Source: a virus
Lineage: Duplodnaviria > Caudoviricetes
Length of the DNA: 64,000 nt
Direction: 5' to 3' (one strand)
Virus record (IMG/VR): IMGVR_UViG_2974555854_000001
Coordinates: 1-64,000 of that record
The notes beneath the pieces were generated by a model that worked only from the letters and a program-made list of their open reading frames with translations, was not told the DNA's origin and searched no databases. The translations under genes were made by a program, and so were the position numbers. Positions 47,554 through 57,591 of the stretch are shown in pieces. The first letter of the stretch is position 1; every line of letters starts with the position of its first letter.

Positions 47554-48254
47554 CATGCTATCACCAAATCAAAATGTGCTGCTGCTTTTGGTCTGATTCT
47601 TTTCTTGATGATACGACTAACATGTGCTTGACTGATGCCTAATCCTGCTGCAATTTCCTTCTGACCTTTATCCTGGATAAGTTGCTCAATTATGTACTTC
47701 TCGTTGTCAGGTAAAGTATCGAAGAATGCGTTAACTTCAACCATTGAATAGTCTTGTTTGAATCCGAAAAACGTTGATAAAAGATCATCTTCACTATCAT
47801 CAGCGAATACCGGCTTGTCCAAACTTTTAACAGTCATATTCAACGAATAATTAATTGCATCGTTAACTTCTTTTTCAGTTAACTTTGTGTCTTGCATAAT
47901 TTCTTTAACTTCTTTTTCGAAAGAACTTTCTCTATTGATTTTAGAAAAATGTTCTCTTACGTGACGTGGGTAGCGGATAGAAGTTGTTCTCTCCCTAGCC
48001 CAATGAAACCATTCGCCCATCATAACCTGAACAGCGTATGTTGAAAATTTAACGTCCGGTTTTTTGATCGGATCAAATCTAGCACAAGCGTTTAATAAAC
48101 CGATGCACACAACTTGCTCAATGTCTTCCTTTGAGTAGTTAGTGTGATTTTCGTCCTTAATCCAATATCCAGCTAATTTTTCATTCATTACGAAACCAAC
48201 TAGACCTTTGTTTTCTGCAAATAAAGCGTTTCTTTCCTCAATTGATCTTAACAT
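47553..48254 (-). CDS. SigF/SigG-like sporulation sigma factor homologue
   Basis: EDIEQVVCIGLLNACARFDP...FSTYAVQVMMGE...SIRYPR, SLDKPV, QKEIAAGLGISQAHVSRI. Confidence 0.88.
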   Translation of the reverse strand: MLRSIEERNALFAENKGLVGFVMNEKLAGYWIKDENHTNYSKEDIEQVVCIGLLNACARFDPIKKPDVKFSTYAVQVMMGEWFHWARERTTSIRYPRHVREHFSKINRESSFEKEVKEIMQDTKLTEKEVNDAINYSLNMTVKSLDKPVFADDSEDDLLSTFFGFKQDYSMVEVNAFFDTLPDNEKYIIEQLIQDKGQKEIAAGLGISQAHVSRIIKKRIRPKAAAHFDLVIA

Positions 48255-48369
48255 AATTTAAGTTCCCCCTTAAATTTTGGTTATAAAGTTAATACGTGTT
48301 GCATACCCTATGTGATGTAAGTTAATTATATACCGGTTTTTTTCAAATTTCAAGAATTATTTTCTAATT

Positions 48370-49098
48370 TTATGAATTTTTTTTGAGATAAACCGGACAA
48401 ATTGAACGCATGGTACAAAAAGCATTGCAGAAGAAAGGACTGTACTTCGCTTGGAAGGTGCTGTTCTTAATTTTGTTCCATGCACCTATAACTTTTAACT
48501 TCGCTAACTCCATGAAAACATCATCTATAACAAATGCATGTTGTTGGTCATAAAGAGGAAAGTCGAATTCAAACTTATAAGGCATTTCACCATATTTGGC
48601 CTGGACTGCAAGCGCGTATACATATGGTTGAACTTTCTTTTTCAAAGCGGATTTTTCAAATGGCTTAGATTTTTTGTAATCGCGGATCACGATACCTCTT
48701 CCATCATGGTAAATAAAATCGACAAAACCGTGAATAGGTGGAATTCCGAACTGAATTGTATGTGTAAATTCCATTTCAACGTCCAGGACATTTAATTGAC
48801 TGATCTCATTAGCCTTTCTTTCTATTCCGTCTAGGGCCAAATGATATAAGTTCTGATGTTCTTCTTCAGGAACATAACAATAAGCGTAATTGTTAGTGAA
48901 ATGATTCTTCGCTTGTTCTACTCCATATTCACGTTTAGCTATCTTTTCCATGATTTCATGAATAAGCGAACCTAAATCAGCATGCCAATCTACAGTAGCA
49001 TCAAGATCATCCATCTTTTCTATATACTTAAATCCGAAATATAAAGGGCATTGCTCATGAAGTTCGATTCTGCTTGATGATAAATATTCCATTACCAC
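48370..49098 (-). CDS. PD-(D/E)xK exonuclease (AddB/Cas4-like, Fe-S cysteines)
   Basis: QCP, LGSLIHE, HGFVD, IRDYK, FCNAFC...IC. Confidence 0.8.
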   Translation of the reverse strand: MVMEYLSSSRIELHEQCPLYFGFKYIEKMDDLDATVDWHADLGSLIHEIMEKIAKREYGVEQAKNHFTNNYAYCYVPEEEHQNLYHLALDGIERKANEISQLNVLDVEMEFTHTIQFGIPPIHGFVDFIYHDGRGIVIRDYKKSKPFEKSALKKKVQPYVYALAVQAKYGEMPYKFEFDFPLYDQQHAFVIDDVFMELAKLKVIGAWNKIKNSTFQAKYSPFFCNAFCTMRSICPVYLKKNS

Positions 49099-49355
49099 AA
49101 CTCCTTGTAAACACTGACTTGATCCGGTGTGATAGCTTCTACTATTTTAAGGCCGCAAATGACGTTACTTTCAAGCATTTTGTCAGAGGTGAATGTACAT
49201 GTTTTCAAATATTCTTTAATAGCTTGGCGTTGAATAGCTCCTAAAGCAACAGTATCCGGTTTATGACCATTGACAGCTATAAAAGTTTTTGTTTCTTCTT
49301 TGATTGTATCGATAATTGTTTTCATGTTAATCATACGCATATTAACTACCTCCAA
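49092..49355 (-). CDS. hypothetical protein
   Basis: 87 aa, GGAGG RBS. Confidence 0.55.
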   Translation of the reverse strand: MEVVNMRMINMKTIIDTIKEETKTFIAVNGHKPDTVALGAIQRQAIKEYLKTCTFTSDKMLESNVICGLKIVEAITPDQVSVYKELW

Positions 49356-49395
49356 TAATATAAAGCCCTACCGAATGGACAGCAGGGCCAATAGT

Positions 49396-49692
49396 TTACT
49401 TATTTTCTTTGTTTACCTGGACTTTATTATACCATTCAACGGCTTGTGTACGAGTCATTTTAGTCATATGCAAGAAAGCAGCTAATAAATCTGAATCATC
49501 AACATCTTCACCGCGACAAAAGTTACAAGAAATTGTTTCATGATTTCTTTCTTCATCGACAATGTGTTCATAACCATCACCTTCAGCACAATCATCAGAA
49601 CACCAATGATGACCGCATTCACAACTCACATGATAACCACAATCAGGAAAAGTATCTTCACAAGATTTACAAGCATAATAATCTACACCCAT
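49396..49692 (-). CDS. Cys-rich zinc-finger protein
   Basis: CKSC, CECGHHWC...C, CNFC. Confidence 0.65.
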   Translation of the reverse strand: MGVDYYACKSCEDTFPDCGYHVSCECGHHWCSDDCAEGDGYEHIVDEERNHETISCNFCRGEDVDDSDLLAAFLHMTKMTRTQAVEWYNKVQVNKENK

Positions 49693-50042
49693 TACTCAAC
49701 ACCATCACTTTCAGCTAGTCTTTTTAAGGCATCACCATTTTTAGCAACAGCTTTTTCAAATGACTTTCTGACATCTGATTTAACTTTATCACTTAATTCA
49801 TTCCAACAACCTGTACATAATCCTTTTTCAAATGCTTCACTTTTAACATTTACCCACTTGAATTCTTGACAAGATGGACAAGGAATATAATGTTTCGTTT
49901 GACCGCCGCGAACTTTGCTTACGTTACGTTGCGTTTCAATTGTGCTACCATTTACCAGGGTAATCATAACCGTGTCCTTCTGTACTCTCTTTCTTCCATT
50001 TCCTTTTCTTTTTCCCATATCTTCATCTGTTCCTCTCTGCAT
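49692..50042 (-). CDS. zinc-finger protein
   Basis: CPSC...CTGC; true start may be 49967. Confidence 0.6.
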   Translation of the reverse strand: MQRGTDEDMGKRKGNGRKRVQKDTVMITLVNGSTIETQRNVSKVRGGQTKHYIPCPSCQEFKWVNVKSEAFEKGLCTGCWNELSDKVKSDVRKSFEKAVAKNGDALKRLAESDGVE

Positions 50043-50116
50043 TTATCACATAAACGATAAATATAAGCATTTATTTTCTTACCACAATATTCACAAGGTT
50101 GAATATCACTTAACAC
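49964..50116 (-). CDS. 50-aa zinc-finger protein (not in ORF track)
   Basis: GTG start; CEYC...CDKC followed by a charged helix. Confidence 0.5.
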   Translation of the reverse strand: MLSDIQPCEYCGKKINAYIYRLCDKCREEQMKIWEKEKEMEEREYRRTRL

Positions 50117-50285
50117 TGTCCCACTTCCTAGTCTCTTCTCGACTCATTCTCAATAGATACGATAGGTAGCGAAGATATTCAGGATCATTCTCTACTTTAC
50201 CTTCAAGAATAACCATCATAGCTGTTACGATTTCTTGTTCAAAATTTAGAATATTTTCGTTTGCTTGTACGATATTTTCACTCAT
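50106..50285 (-). CDS. hypothetical 59-aa protein (not in ORF track)
   Basis: ATGA overlap with the primase stop; MSENIVQANE... Confidence 0.55.
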   Translation of the reverse strand: MSENIVQANENILNFEQEIVTAMMVILEGKVENDPEYLRYLSYLLRMSREETRKWDSVK

Positions 50286-51316
50286 TGTTGAACCCCCTTA
50301 AATTCTTGAGCCATTTTTAAACTAAGCATGAAACTGTCTTTCACTAAATCCGCAGGATCAAAACCTAAAATAGAAGGCATTGTTAACCAAACATTTTTAC
50401 CTCTTTGTTTCAATTCTTGGGCCAATTTAACAGCTGAAGCTTGACTTGCTTGTGTAGCATCATTATCAGCAAATATCACAATATTATCAACACCCATACC
50501 ACAAAGTAATTGTACTTGTTCAGGTGTTGTAGTATTGCTTAATGTAGCAACAAAATTTCCATAGTCGTATTGTACAGCTCTCCATACAGAAGGAGCACCC
50601 TCAACGACTCCCACCCACCCACGAGACATAGCGTGAACCTTTGCTACACGATAATTATAAAGTGTTCTTTTTGCTAAATATCCTTGTTCTGTTGATCCGA
50701 ATAGATATTTAGGGAACGTTTCATTATCAGCAGCGCGGCCCTGGAATGCTATGATCTTCATATTTTCATCTAAAATCGGTATAGTAAGACGATCTTTGAG
50801 CAAATTATTAAGGTTACAGTATCCCAATTGAAACATTTTCGCTATTTCAGGTGTATAACCTCTTCCTTGCCAATAAACGTGTAATTTCCCACTATTAAAA
50901 GCTTCTAAAGTTGTCTTATCAAAATATGTAGGAACAACAGTTTGTGGTTCTAATTCAATTTTTTCAGCTGCTTGTACACCATTTTCATTACCTGAAGCGA
51001 ATACCATTACATCAATTGCTTTCCTAAAACTGTATCCCATATGTGCGGTTAAGAAATCAACCGTATCGATATTTCCAAATGTTCTATGTGTAAAGTCTGA
51101 CCAGCGCCACTTACTTTCATTGGGATAAAAAGTAATTCCTAAAGCAGAAGGATTATCACCTCCACGAAAGAAAGCATTGATTCGCCAATCGATAACGATG
51201 CCTTTATTAGTTTTTTTATGCGGTTTTAAATTCTCTATAGGAGCACCAATGAACGTCATTAAAGCTCCAATATCTAAACCACGATTCAATTCTTTCATTT
51301 CAGTGGAAGTAATCAT
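50282..51316 (-). CDS. dnaG: DNA primase (DnaG-type TOPRIM)
   Basis: RLTIPI...FQGR...PKY, VVEG, IFADND. Confidence 0.85.
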   Translation of the reverse strand: MITSTEMKELNRGLDIGALMTFIGAPIENLKPHKKTNKGIVIDWRINAFFRGGDNPSALGITFYPNESKWRWSDFTHRTFGNIDTVDFLTAHMGYSFRKAIDVMVFASGNENGVQAAEKIELEPQTVVPTYFDKTTLEAFNSGKLHVYWQGRGYTPEIAKMFQLGYCNLNNLLKDRLTIPILDENMKIIAFQGRAADNETFPKYLFGSTEQGYLAKRTLYNYRVAKVHAMSRGWVGVVEGAPSVWRAVQYDYGNFVATLSNTTTPEQVQLLCGMGVDNIVIFADNDATQASQASAVKLAQELKQRGKNVWLTMPSILGFDPADLVKDSFMLSLKMAQEFKGVQQ

Positions 51317-51318
51317 AA

Positions 51319-52689
51319 CTATAGCTCCTTTATTCTATGGAAATCGTTGAACCATAAGTCAACAGTTTTTCCTTCATCTTTACGATCAATTTTACGGCCC
51401 ATTACAAGCTCAAGATAATGTGTTCCTTGATGTTGGTGTGAGTTTTCATAGCCTGGACGATTCTTTCTTAATACAAAGATAACGTCACCTAACTTAGTGA
51501 AGTGAGAAGTTTCAGCAAATCTAGCTTTACCTTTTTCATCTACCCACATCTGACCGCTTGTAATAACAGGAATATCACATTGCTTTGCAATTTTCTCTTT
51601 AAGTGTATCAATTTTAGCGGCTAATAACAAATCGGTACGGCCCTTTTCTACTTCATGAGACTGAATTTTAACATAGTCATAAGTGAAAAGCTCAATACCT
51701 TCCTGCATTTGCAGCAGCTTAACTTTACTTTCAAGTTCTGAATTGGTCATTTCGTTCGCGTTAAAATGAAAAAACGGTGTCATTTCAATCACGTCATATG
51801 CATCTATTAGCGCTTGTTTTTGCTTATCTGTTAAGAAAGGCTCACCATTCGGTTTAATGTCTTCTGATGCCATTATCTGTTCTTCGGTAAGGCCGGCTTC
51901 TTTCGCTAATAATCGCATTAAAACTTCTTCATCGAACATTTCTGTATCCGCATAAGCTGTTGGTATCCCTAAATTTCTAGCAACATACCAGGAGATATCA
52001 AGCATAACAGATGACTTACCAATCTTTTCTTCAGCACCGATAACATACAATGCTTTTTTACGAAGATTTTTCATTAGTTTGTTCATCTTAGGATACTTAC
52101 CGCCGATATTGATGCCTTCAATTTCTTTATTCTTAATCTTCTCTTTGATCCGGTCTAACTTTGAACCGATTTTAGTTATCTTCTCGTGAGTTCTGATTGA
52201 ATCAGCAAGAAAATAAGTAGCAGTTTTGATGTGAGTGTCCATTTCTTCAAGGTCTTCAAACTGCTTATTACCTTCATCGGTGTTAGTTATAGCAAATGTA
52301 CGAATTTTAGCTGAAAGATCAATACATTTACGGCGATAAGATAAACTTTTTAATGTTTTCATTTGTTCTGTTACAGCTGGTGATTCAGGTAGTGTATCAT
52401 CTATAAGGCTTCTTACAGCTTGTACACCACCAATACCCATAAGACAGTCATACCCTTCCTTGTTTGTGTTCTCAAGGAGTGTCATAATACCTTCAGGAGT
52501 TACATCACCATCAGCAGCAAGGCGTTTGATAGCACCAAATGTAAATCTACAGTAAGGAAAGAAAAAGTCATCAGCTTTTAATTCCTGACCAATTATTGTA
52601 ATCATAGCAGGTCTTGTCATCAAAACCTTCAAGATATATGTTTCTGTTGAATTTGAGCTTAACGCTGCTTTAGGATCACTAACTGTCAT
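51319..52689 (-). CDS. dnaB: replicative helicase (DnaB-like)
   Basis: N-terminal ETYILKVLM domain; EKIGKS Walker A; YDY; VITSGQ. Confidence 0.85.
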   Translation of the reverse strand: MTVSDPKAALSSNSTETYILKVLMTRPAMITIIGQELKADDFFFPYCRFTFGAIKRLAADGDVTPEGIMTLLENTNKEGYDCLMGIGGVQAVRSLIDDTLPESPAVTEQMKTLKSLSYRRKCIDLSAKIRTFAITNTDEGNKQFEDLEEMDTHIKTATYFLADSIRTHEKITKIGSKLDRIKEKIKNKEIEGINIGGKYPKMNKLMKNLRKKALYVIGAEEKIGKSSVMLDISWYVARNLGIPTAYADTEMFDEEVLMRLLAKEAGLTEEQIMASEDIKPNGEPFLTDKQKQALIDAYDVIEMTPFFHFNANEMTNSELESKVKLLQMQEGIELFTYDYVKIQSHEVEKGRTDLLLAAKIDTLKEKIAKQCDIPVITSGQMWVDEKGKARFAETSHFTKLGDVIFVLRKNRPGYENSHQHQGTHYLELVMGRKIDRKDEGKTVDLWFNDFHRIKEL

Positions 52690-52695
52690 TGCTAA

Positions 52696-53241
52696 TTACC
52701 TCCAAATCTTAACCCACCGTACAATATGAATAGGTGCATAAAACAAATCGCACAAATTGTTATTTCTAATTTTTTTATCATAATCAATAAACTGGAAAGC
52801 TTTTCTATCGTGCCAAATGCGTTGACAAGCATGTTTGAAACCACGATCTTTACGCATACGTCTAAATCTTTTCCATAATGATGATTCAATGTAGATGACC
52901 ATTATGTTTTCTCTTCCTACTTTTTCAGAAAGGAATTCAACACCAGCTGGATCAATAACATAAATATCGTTTTCAACCATTTGGTCAAGTGTAGCGAAAT
53001 AATCATGACCATCAAAGCGTGTATAAGCAATTATTTCTTCATTATGAACCATTACGGTACTTTGAACAGGTGTTACGAATTCGTGAGTATCTTCGCCTTC
53101 GAAACGCGGTTCACGAGAAGTATAACTTTTTAATTCAGATAAACCATAACGTTCTAAATCTTTAGCGATTGTCGATTTCCCTGTCCCGCTTTTACCAACA
53201 AGACAGACTATTCTATCTTGACCTTTTAGAAATGTAGTCAT
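52696..53241 (-). CDS. gmk: guanylate kinase-like protein
   Basis: VGKSGTGKST, SYTSREPR. Confidence 0.8.
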   Translation of the reverse strand: MTTFLKGQDRIVCLVGKSGTGKSTIAKDLERYGLSELKSYTSREPRFEGEDTHEFVTPVQSTVMVHNEEIIAYTRFDGHDYFATLDQMVENDIYVIDPAGVEFLSEKVGRENIMVIYIESSLWKRFRRMRKDRGFKHACQRIWHDRKAFQFIDYDKKIRNNNLCDLFYAPIHIVRWVKIWR

Positions 53242-53419
53242 TGATTTCCTCCTTAGTCATTTCAACATGCACTACTTCGCCACTTAAAGAAGACCAATCT
53301 GTAAAATCATTTGGCATTCTACAATTATGTTTGTCATAAACGGTGATGTTATTTGTATCCTGCTCTTTCCATTTCTTGTTTAATTCCTGCATCGACACAC
53401 CGCGTTTTACTCTAGGCAT
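53213..53419 (-). CDS. hypothetical protein
   Basis: operon gene; true start probably MQELNKK. Confidence 0.5.
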   Translation of the reverse strand: MPRVKRGVSMQELNKKWKEQDTNNITVYDKHNCRMPNDFTDWSSLSGEVVHVEMTKEEINDYISKRSR

Positions 53420-53762
53420 ACTTCACTAACCCCTCATTCTTCCACCAATTATCACGCTTACCTTGTAATTGACAACTGATAATGATATATTTGTTACTAG
53501 CTGTTTTACGACAAATGAACTGCATTCTTTCGTTCATCGAACCGGCTACTTCATAACGTCTTTCTCTACTTCCTGGTAAGAAAGCGGCTAATTTTGTATT
53601 CCTGAACTTTCTAATGATTTGAGTTCTAGTTGCATCGATATCTAAGCCTTCAACTTCAAGGTTCTGTCTTTCTACAAAACGAATAACAGCGTGATCCGAC
53701 ATAAACACTTTAATATCTCCAATATAATTACGTCTAACTCGATTTTTATAATGGTTTGCCAC
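53412..53762 (-). CDS. hypothetical protein
   Basis: SDHAVIRFVER motif; AGGAGG RBS. Confidence 0.6.
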   Translation of the reverse strand: MANHYKNRVRRNYIGDIKVFMSDHAVIRFVERQNLEVEGLDIDATRTQIIRKFRNTKLAAFLPGSRERRYEVAGSMNERMQFICRKTASNKYIIISCQLQGKRDNWWKNEGLVKYA

Positions 53763-53777
53763 GTTAATACCTCCTTA

Positions 53778-54218
53778 TCACCATTCTTCTGTATCAAGCC
53801 AATTTAATTTCTTTTTCTTATTTTTATTATAACCATTAGAACCAATATTTTCAACGTTTTCTTTTTGTTTAGGGCTATAAATATCTAAATCATTTGAAGA
53901 TTCTTTTTCATGCGACTTGATTTCTTCAGCGATTGCACGGCCTTTCCAATATCCAATGCTTTCAGGTAGAACATCATAACCTAAACTACCAATCGATCTG
54001 AAACGTTTGCCGGTCATTTGAGCATATTTAATTGCATTTACGATGATTTCGTTTGTTGAAAGTTCTGTTTCGATGTTGTTTTCTTCCAGGTACTTAGCGA
54101 CTGTTTTACGAAGTTGAGCCATCATAATACCCATGCGGCGCTTTTCTGAAGGTGTGAATGGTTGACCGTGTTCAAAAGTTTTAATAAATAAATCGGTTAC
54201 ATCTTTATTTTTAATCAT
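53778..54218 (-). CDS. hypothetical protein, possible replication initiator or helicase loader
   Basis: lies upstream of helicase/primase; acidic-aromatic tail NWLDTEEW. Confidence 0.4.
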   Translation of the reverse strand: MIKNKDVTDLFIKTFEHGQPFTPSEKRRMGIMMAQLRKTVAKYLEENNIETELSTNEIIVNAIKYAQMTGKRFRSIGSLGYDVLPESIGYWKGRAIAEEIKSHEKESSNDLDIYSPKQKENVENIGSNGYNKNKKKKLNWLDTEEW

Positions 54219-54251
54219 AATTAATCTCTCCTTGTCTTTTTCAGAAATACA

Positions 54252-54339
54252 AAATGTCTAAAATGTTGCCACGAACACGGAAACAAACCCCCATGTTGCC
54301 ATAAAAAGTGCAACAGAATTCCGTTGTATATAGACATTT
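54252..54339. repeat. intergenic repeat element
   Basis: ATGTTGCCA twice (54263, 54293) enclosed by inverted repeat AAATGTCTA/TAGACATTT. Confidence 0.6.
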
Positions 54340-54387
54340 AGACAAAAATAAATAGGGATGCTATTAAACACCCCTATATTTAATTAC

Positions 54388-55170
54388 TTACCATAAATCA
54401 GCGAACATTTGAGCTACATCACCGCGTTCTGACTTCTGCATTTCAACTAGCCCTACCAGCGAAGGCCACTTCTTGTTTTCAAATGCCTTAACTCCATTCA
54501 GAAGACCATTTTTTTCACCGCGATATTTATAATCGAACGCTTGTTTGTAATCTCCTGCAAATACGATCTGACTTTTAAATCCTACCCTAGAACCTAACAT
54601 TTGAAACAAGTCATTACAAAGCATTTGAGCTTCTTCAACAATAACAAATGTCTTTTCCCATGTGATCCCCTGTTGATAAGCAGGAGTATCGAATTCAATA
54701 GCAGACATTACATCGTAAGCTTCATCACCGCAAAGGTTAGTGATTGTCTTGATCCAGGGCGCTAATTTTTCCTCTTTTGTTCCTGGTAATAGACCTAAAT
54801 CCTTTCCGACTGTAGCAGGATTACGTAAAATTAAGATTTTTTCAATCGGATTGTGATAATCAAGCAGCTTTTTTAAAGCGAATTCGAAAGCCATTCTTGT
54901 TTTACCACCACCGGCAACACCGGTTAACAGTTTTACAGGGACTAAATCGTTATCAAGTAGATCGAAAGCCATTTTTTGTTCATCATTTCTAGGCTTGATA
55001 CTTTTAATCTCATATTTCAATGGGACTAATTCTGTACCATTAAAGCGGCTAATGTCACCATCGATGATAACGTATTGATTATTTCTAAAAGGGTATTCAG
55101 TACCACCTACTTCTAGGTACTCGTTTAATTCTTCGCTTGTATAATGTATAAACCCTTTGTAGATTTCCAT
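54388..55170 (-). CDS. phoH: PhoH-family ATPase
   Basis: PRNDEQ, GVAGGGKT, LGLLPGTKEEKLAPW, IVEEAQ, GDYKQ. Confidence 0.9.
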   Translation of the reverse strand: MEIYKGFIHYTSEELNEYLEVGGTEYPFRNNQYVIIDGDISRFNGTELVPLKYEIKSIKPRNDEQKMAFDLLDNDLVPVKLLTGVAGGGKTRMAFEFALKKLLDYHNPIEKILILRNPATVGKDLGLLPGTKEEKLAPWIKTITNLCGDEAYDVMSAIEFDTPAYQQGITWEKTFVIVEEAQMLCNDLFQMLGSRVGFKSQIVFAGDYKQAFDYKYRGEKNGLLNGVKAFENKKWPSLVGLVEMQKSERGDVAQMFADLW

Positions 55171-55187
55171 GTAAAAACCTCTTTCTG

Positions 55188-55790
55188 TTAGTTGATTGGA
55201 TTACCTTCTGTATCAATAACTGTAGCGTTTTCAGGAACGAATAATAATTCTCTAGTTGGGAATTTCATCATCGTGTTCATCAGGATTTCGTGGCCCTGTT
55301 CTTTATGATGCTTCAATACTTCGATTGTAGCTTTAATGTCATGGTACGCGTCATGGTGATTGTCAAGTTTGATACCTAGACGTTCACATGTTGGTTTTAA
55401 TGATGAATTTTCATCAGGATAATGATACTGATTCAATGTTTTGGTACAAATAAATGCACCTAAATTTAATTTCAAACATGGGTCACCTTGATTTAAGAAA
55501 GCTAAATCGAATGAAGCGAATTGAGCTACAGTGATCGTATCTTTTAACAAATCACTAATCATATAAATTGCATCTTCTTCTTTAAGGCCATATAACAAAT
55601 CATCTTTAGTCACTTTAAGCAACTCTTGAATGAAAGGCGTTAACTGTTTACCTCTATGAAGCTTAACTTTGAAATTAACTTCTCCAACGATGTTGAAATC
55701 ATCGTCTGTACGGATCAGCGCGGCCTGGATGATTTGATCTGCTCCTGGAATTAAACCTGTTGTTTCTAAATCGATAAATGAATATGTCAT
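55188..55790 (-). CDS. DEDDh 3'-5' exonuclease (DnaQ-like)
   Basis: IDLETTGL, FDLAFL, HDAYHD. Confidence 0.85.
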   Translation of the reverse strand: MTYSFIDLETTGLIPGADQIIQAALIRTDDDFNIVGEVNFKVKLHRGKQLTPFIQELLKVTKDDLLYGLKEEDAIYMISDLLKDTITVAQFASFDLAFLNQGDPCLKLNLGAFICTKTLNQYHYPDENSSLKPTCERLGIKLDNHHDAYHDIKATIEVLKHHKEQGHEILMNTMMKFPTRELLFVPENATVIDTEGNPIN

Positions 55791-55806
55791 TTTTTCTCCA
55801 CCTTTT

Positions 55807-56301
55807 TTATTTAATCATTTCCCAATTGACCTTTAATACTTTCTTGTCCTCTTTGTACCATTCGGTGTTGCATTTAGTACAAAAAGCGTGATTAGTTTTT
55901 TCATCTGCTGACTGTAAATTATGTACACCTAATCTACGAACATGTTTTATGTCTTTACAAGTAGGGCAACGGTCAAAGTTTCTCCACTTAATGACTTCGT
56001 ATTTGAATCGTCTTTTAGTAGAAACATTCCGACTTTTTATGAAATTAGACACTGTACTAGTTGGTAATGCTGTATCCTGGACGATTGAATAGATACTATA
56101 ACCATTTTGAAAGCGGTCAGTAATAACATCCTTAACTTCTTCAGTAAATAAGAAGCGTTTACCATTACCGATATAATTTTTATTCAAATCAAGATAGTTA
56201 CGAAGCTCATGTTTCACGCTTTCGATATCTTCTAAATCTAAATCAACCATGATTTCCTTTAAACTATCACCATCTGCATACAATTGAGCTAATTTTATCA
56301 T
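55807..56301 (-). CDS. HTH/zinc-ribbon protein
   Basis: helix-turn-helix-like segment plus CPTC...CTKC. Confidence 0.55.
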   Translation of the reverse strand: MIKLAQLYADGDSLKEIMVDLDLEDIESVKHELRNYLDLNKNYIGNGKRFLFTEEVKDVITDRFQNGYSIYSIVQDTALPTSTVSNFIKSRNVSTKRRFKYEVIKWRNFDRCPTCKDIKHVRRLGVHNLQSADEKTNHAFCTKCNTEWYKEDKKVLKVNWEMIK

Positions 56302-56330
56302 AATAGTTCCCCCTTAAAATCCAGGGGAGG

Positions 56331-57323
56331 TTATTCTTCCCCTGAACTATTCATTTCTTCCATCATCAGACGTAATCGATTTAAGACCATTCTAGCTTGT
56401 TCCTTTGTGAGTTCTGTCGGATTGGCTATTTTACTATTGGTTGCTTCTTGCATTACCTGTACAGCACGTTCAGACGAAAGTTGCAGCTGATTGTTAACCA
56501 TATCGATGATATCATCAATTAGTTTTGCTAATTCACCGTCTGTTTTGATGACGTTAGCTTGTCCAATCTTTTCTTTTGCGAAACCTTCATCCTTTTGTGA
56601 CATTTCAATAATCATTTGTACGATTGTACGGTTATCGAAGTTATCAATCACATCAGGTAGCAAGCTGTTTCCTTTTGAATCCTTCAGACGATTCTTTTTC
56701 AATTGGGCCGTAAACACACCTTTTGATTTTTCTGAAAGGATGTAGTGAACATCTAGCTCGTGGATCAGGCGTTTATCACAATCAGCTTTGATCGGATTAA
56801 CTGCATCGATCTTCATGAATGTACCTTTTAGGTAGTTATCAGAAGCATGAGCTGTTACAAATAAGTGAACATCCAGCTCTTTCAGATTTTCGATGATCTC
56901 ATAAAATTCATCTTTAGGTGTTTCATATTCAGTAGGTTCAAGCTTTGTTTTACCCCACTGTTTCTTCCAATAGCTTTTAATCTTATTGTACAATACTGTA
57001 CCTGATTCTAAAGCGATTGATTTGAATGGCAGCTGTTGACCTGAACGTTTGAACGCTAACAGCTGTTGAGTAAGAGCTAAAACTTCTTGTGGATTAGATG
57101 TCTTATACACCTTAATTCCACTTACTTCTTTAGCTAATTGACTAAAACCACTACGTTCCATATCGATAGCCCACAAAGGCTTAGGAGCACCGTAAGCGAT
57201 AGAAGATGTTTTACCACTACCTGAAGGGCCTGTTAGTAAAACTTTAACCGGTTCAGCACCTTGAGCAGCTGCATCCTGGAAATTATTCATAAGGTTAAAT
57301 TGCTGCATGTTCATTTGATCCAT
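56331..57323 (-). CDS. AAA ATPase (Sak4/AAA_24-like recombinase)
   Basis: VLLTGPSGSGKT, AIDME, FVTAH. Confidence 0.75.
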   Translation of the reverse strand: MDQMNMQQFNLMNNFQDAAAQGAEPVKVLLTGPSGSGKTSSIAYGAPKPLWAIDMERSGFSQLAKEVSGIKVYKTSNPQEVLALTQQLLAFKRSGQQLPFKSIALESGTVLYNKIKSYWKKQWGKTKLEPTEYETPKDEFYEIIENLKELDVHLFVTAHASDNYLKGTFMKIDAVNPIKADCDKRLIHELDVHYILSEKSKGVFTAQLKKNRLKDSKGNSLLPDVIDNFDNRTIVQMIIEMSQKDEGFAKEKIGQANVIKTDGELAKLIDDIIDMVNNQLQLSSERAVQVMQEATNSKIANPTELTKEQARMVLNRLRLMMEEMNSSGEE

Positions 57324-57547
57324 TATTCAACACCAACTTCTTTTAATAATTTGTCATACACCTTTTTTATTTCCATATCGAAATCATCAATTGGGAAATC
57401 ACACGCTTCGATATTAAAGTGCTTTCTTACTGCATTTTCGAAATACTCACATTGTTTAGTTGTTGGAGAACCGATAACATTAGCATCCATCAACATCTGA
57501 TTCATAGCAGTAATTACCAATAAAAGTTCTTTTTCGTTTAATTCCAT
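57323..57547 (-). CDS. hypothetical protein
   Basis: GGAGG RBS; TAATG coupling. Confidence 0.6.
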   Translation of the reverse strand: MELNEKELLLVITAMNQMLMDANVIGSPTTKQCEYFENAVRKHFNIEACDFPIDDFDMEIKKVYDKLLKEVGVE

Positions 57548-57591
57548 CTTATTACCTCCGTTTTTTTAGAAGGGGATCAAACCCCTTTCAA

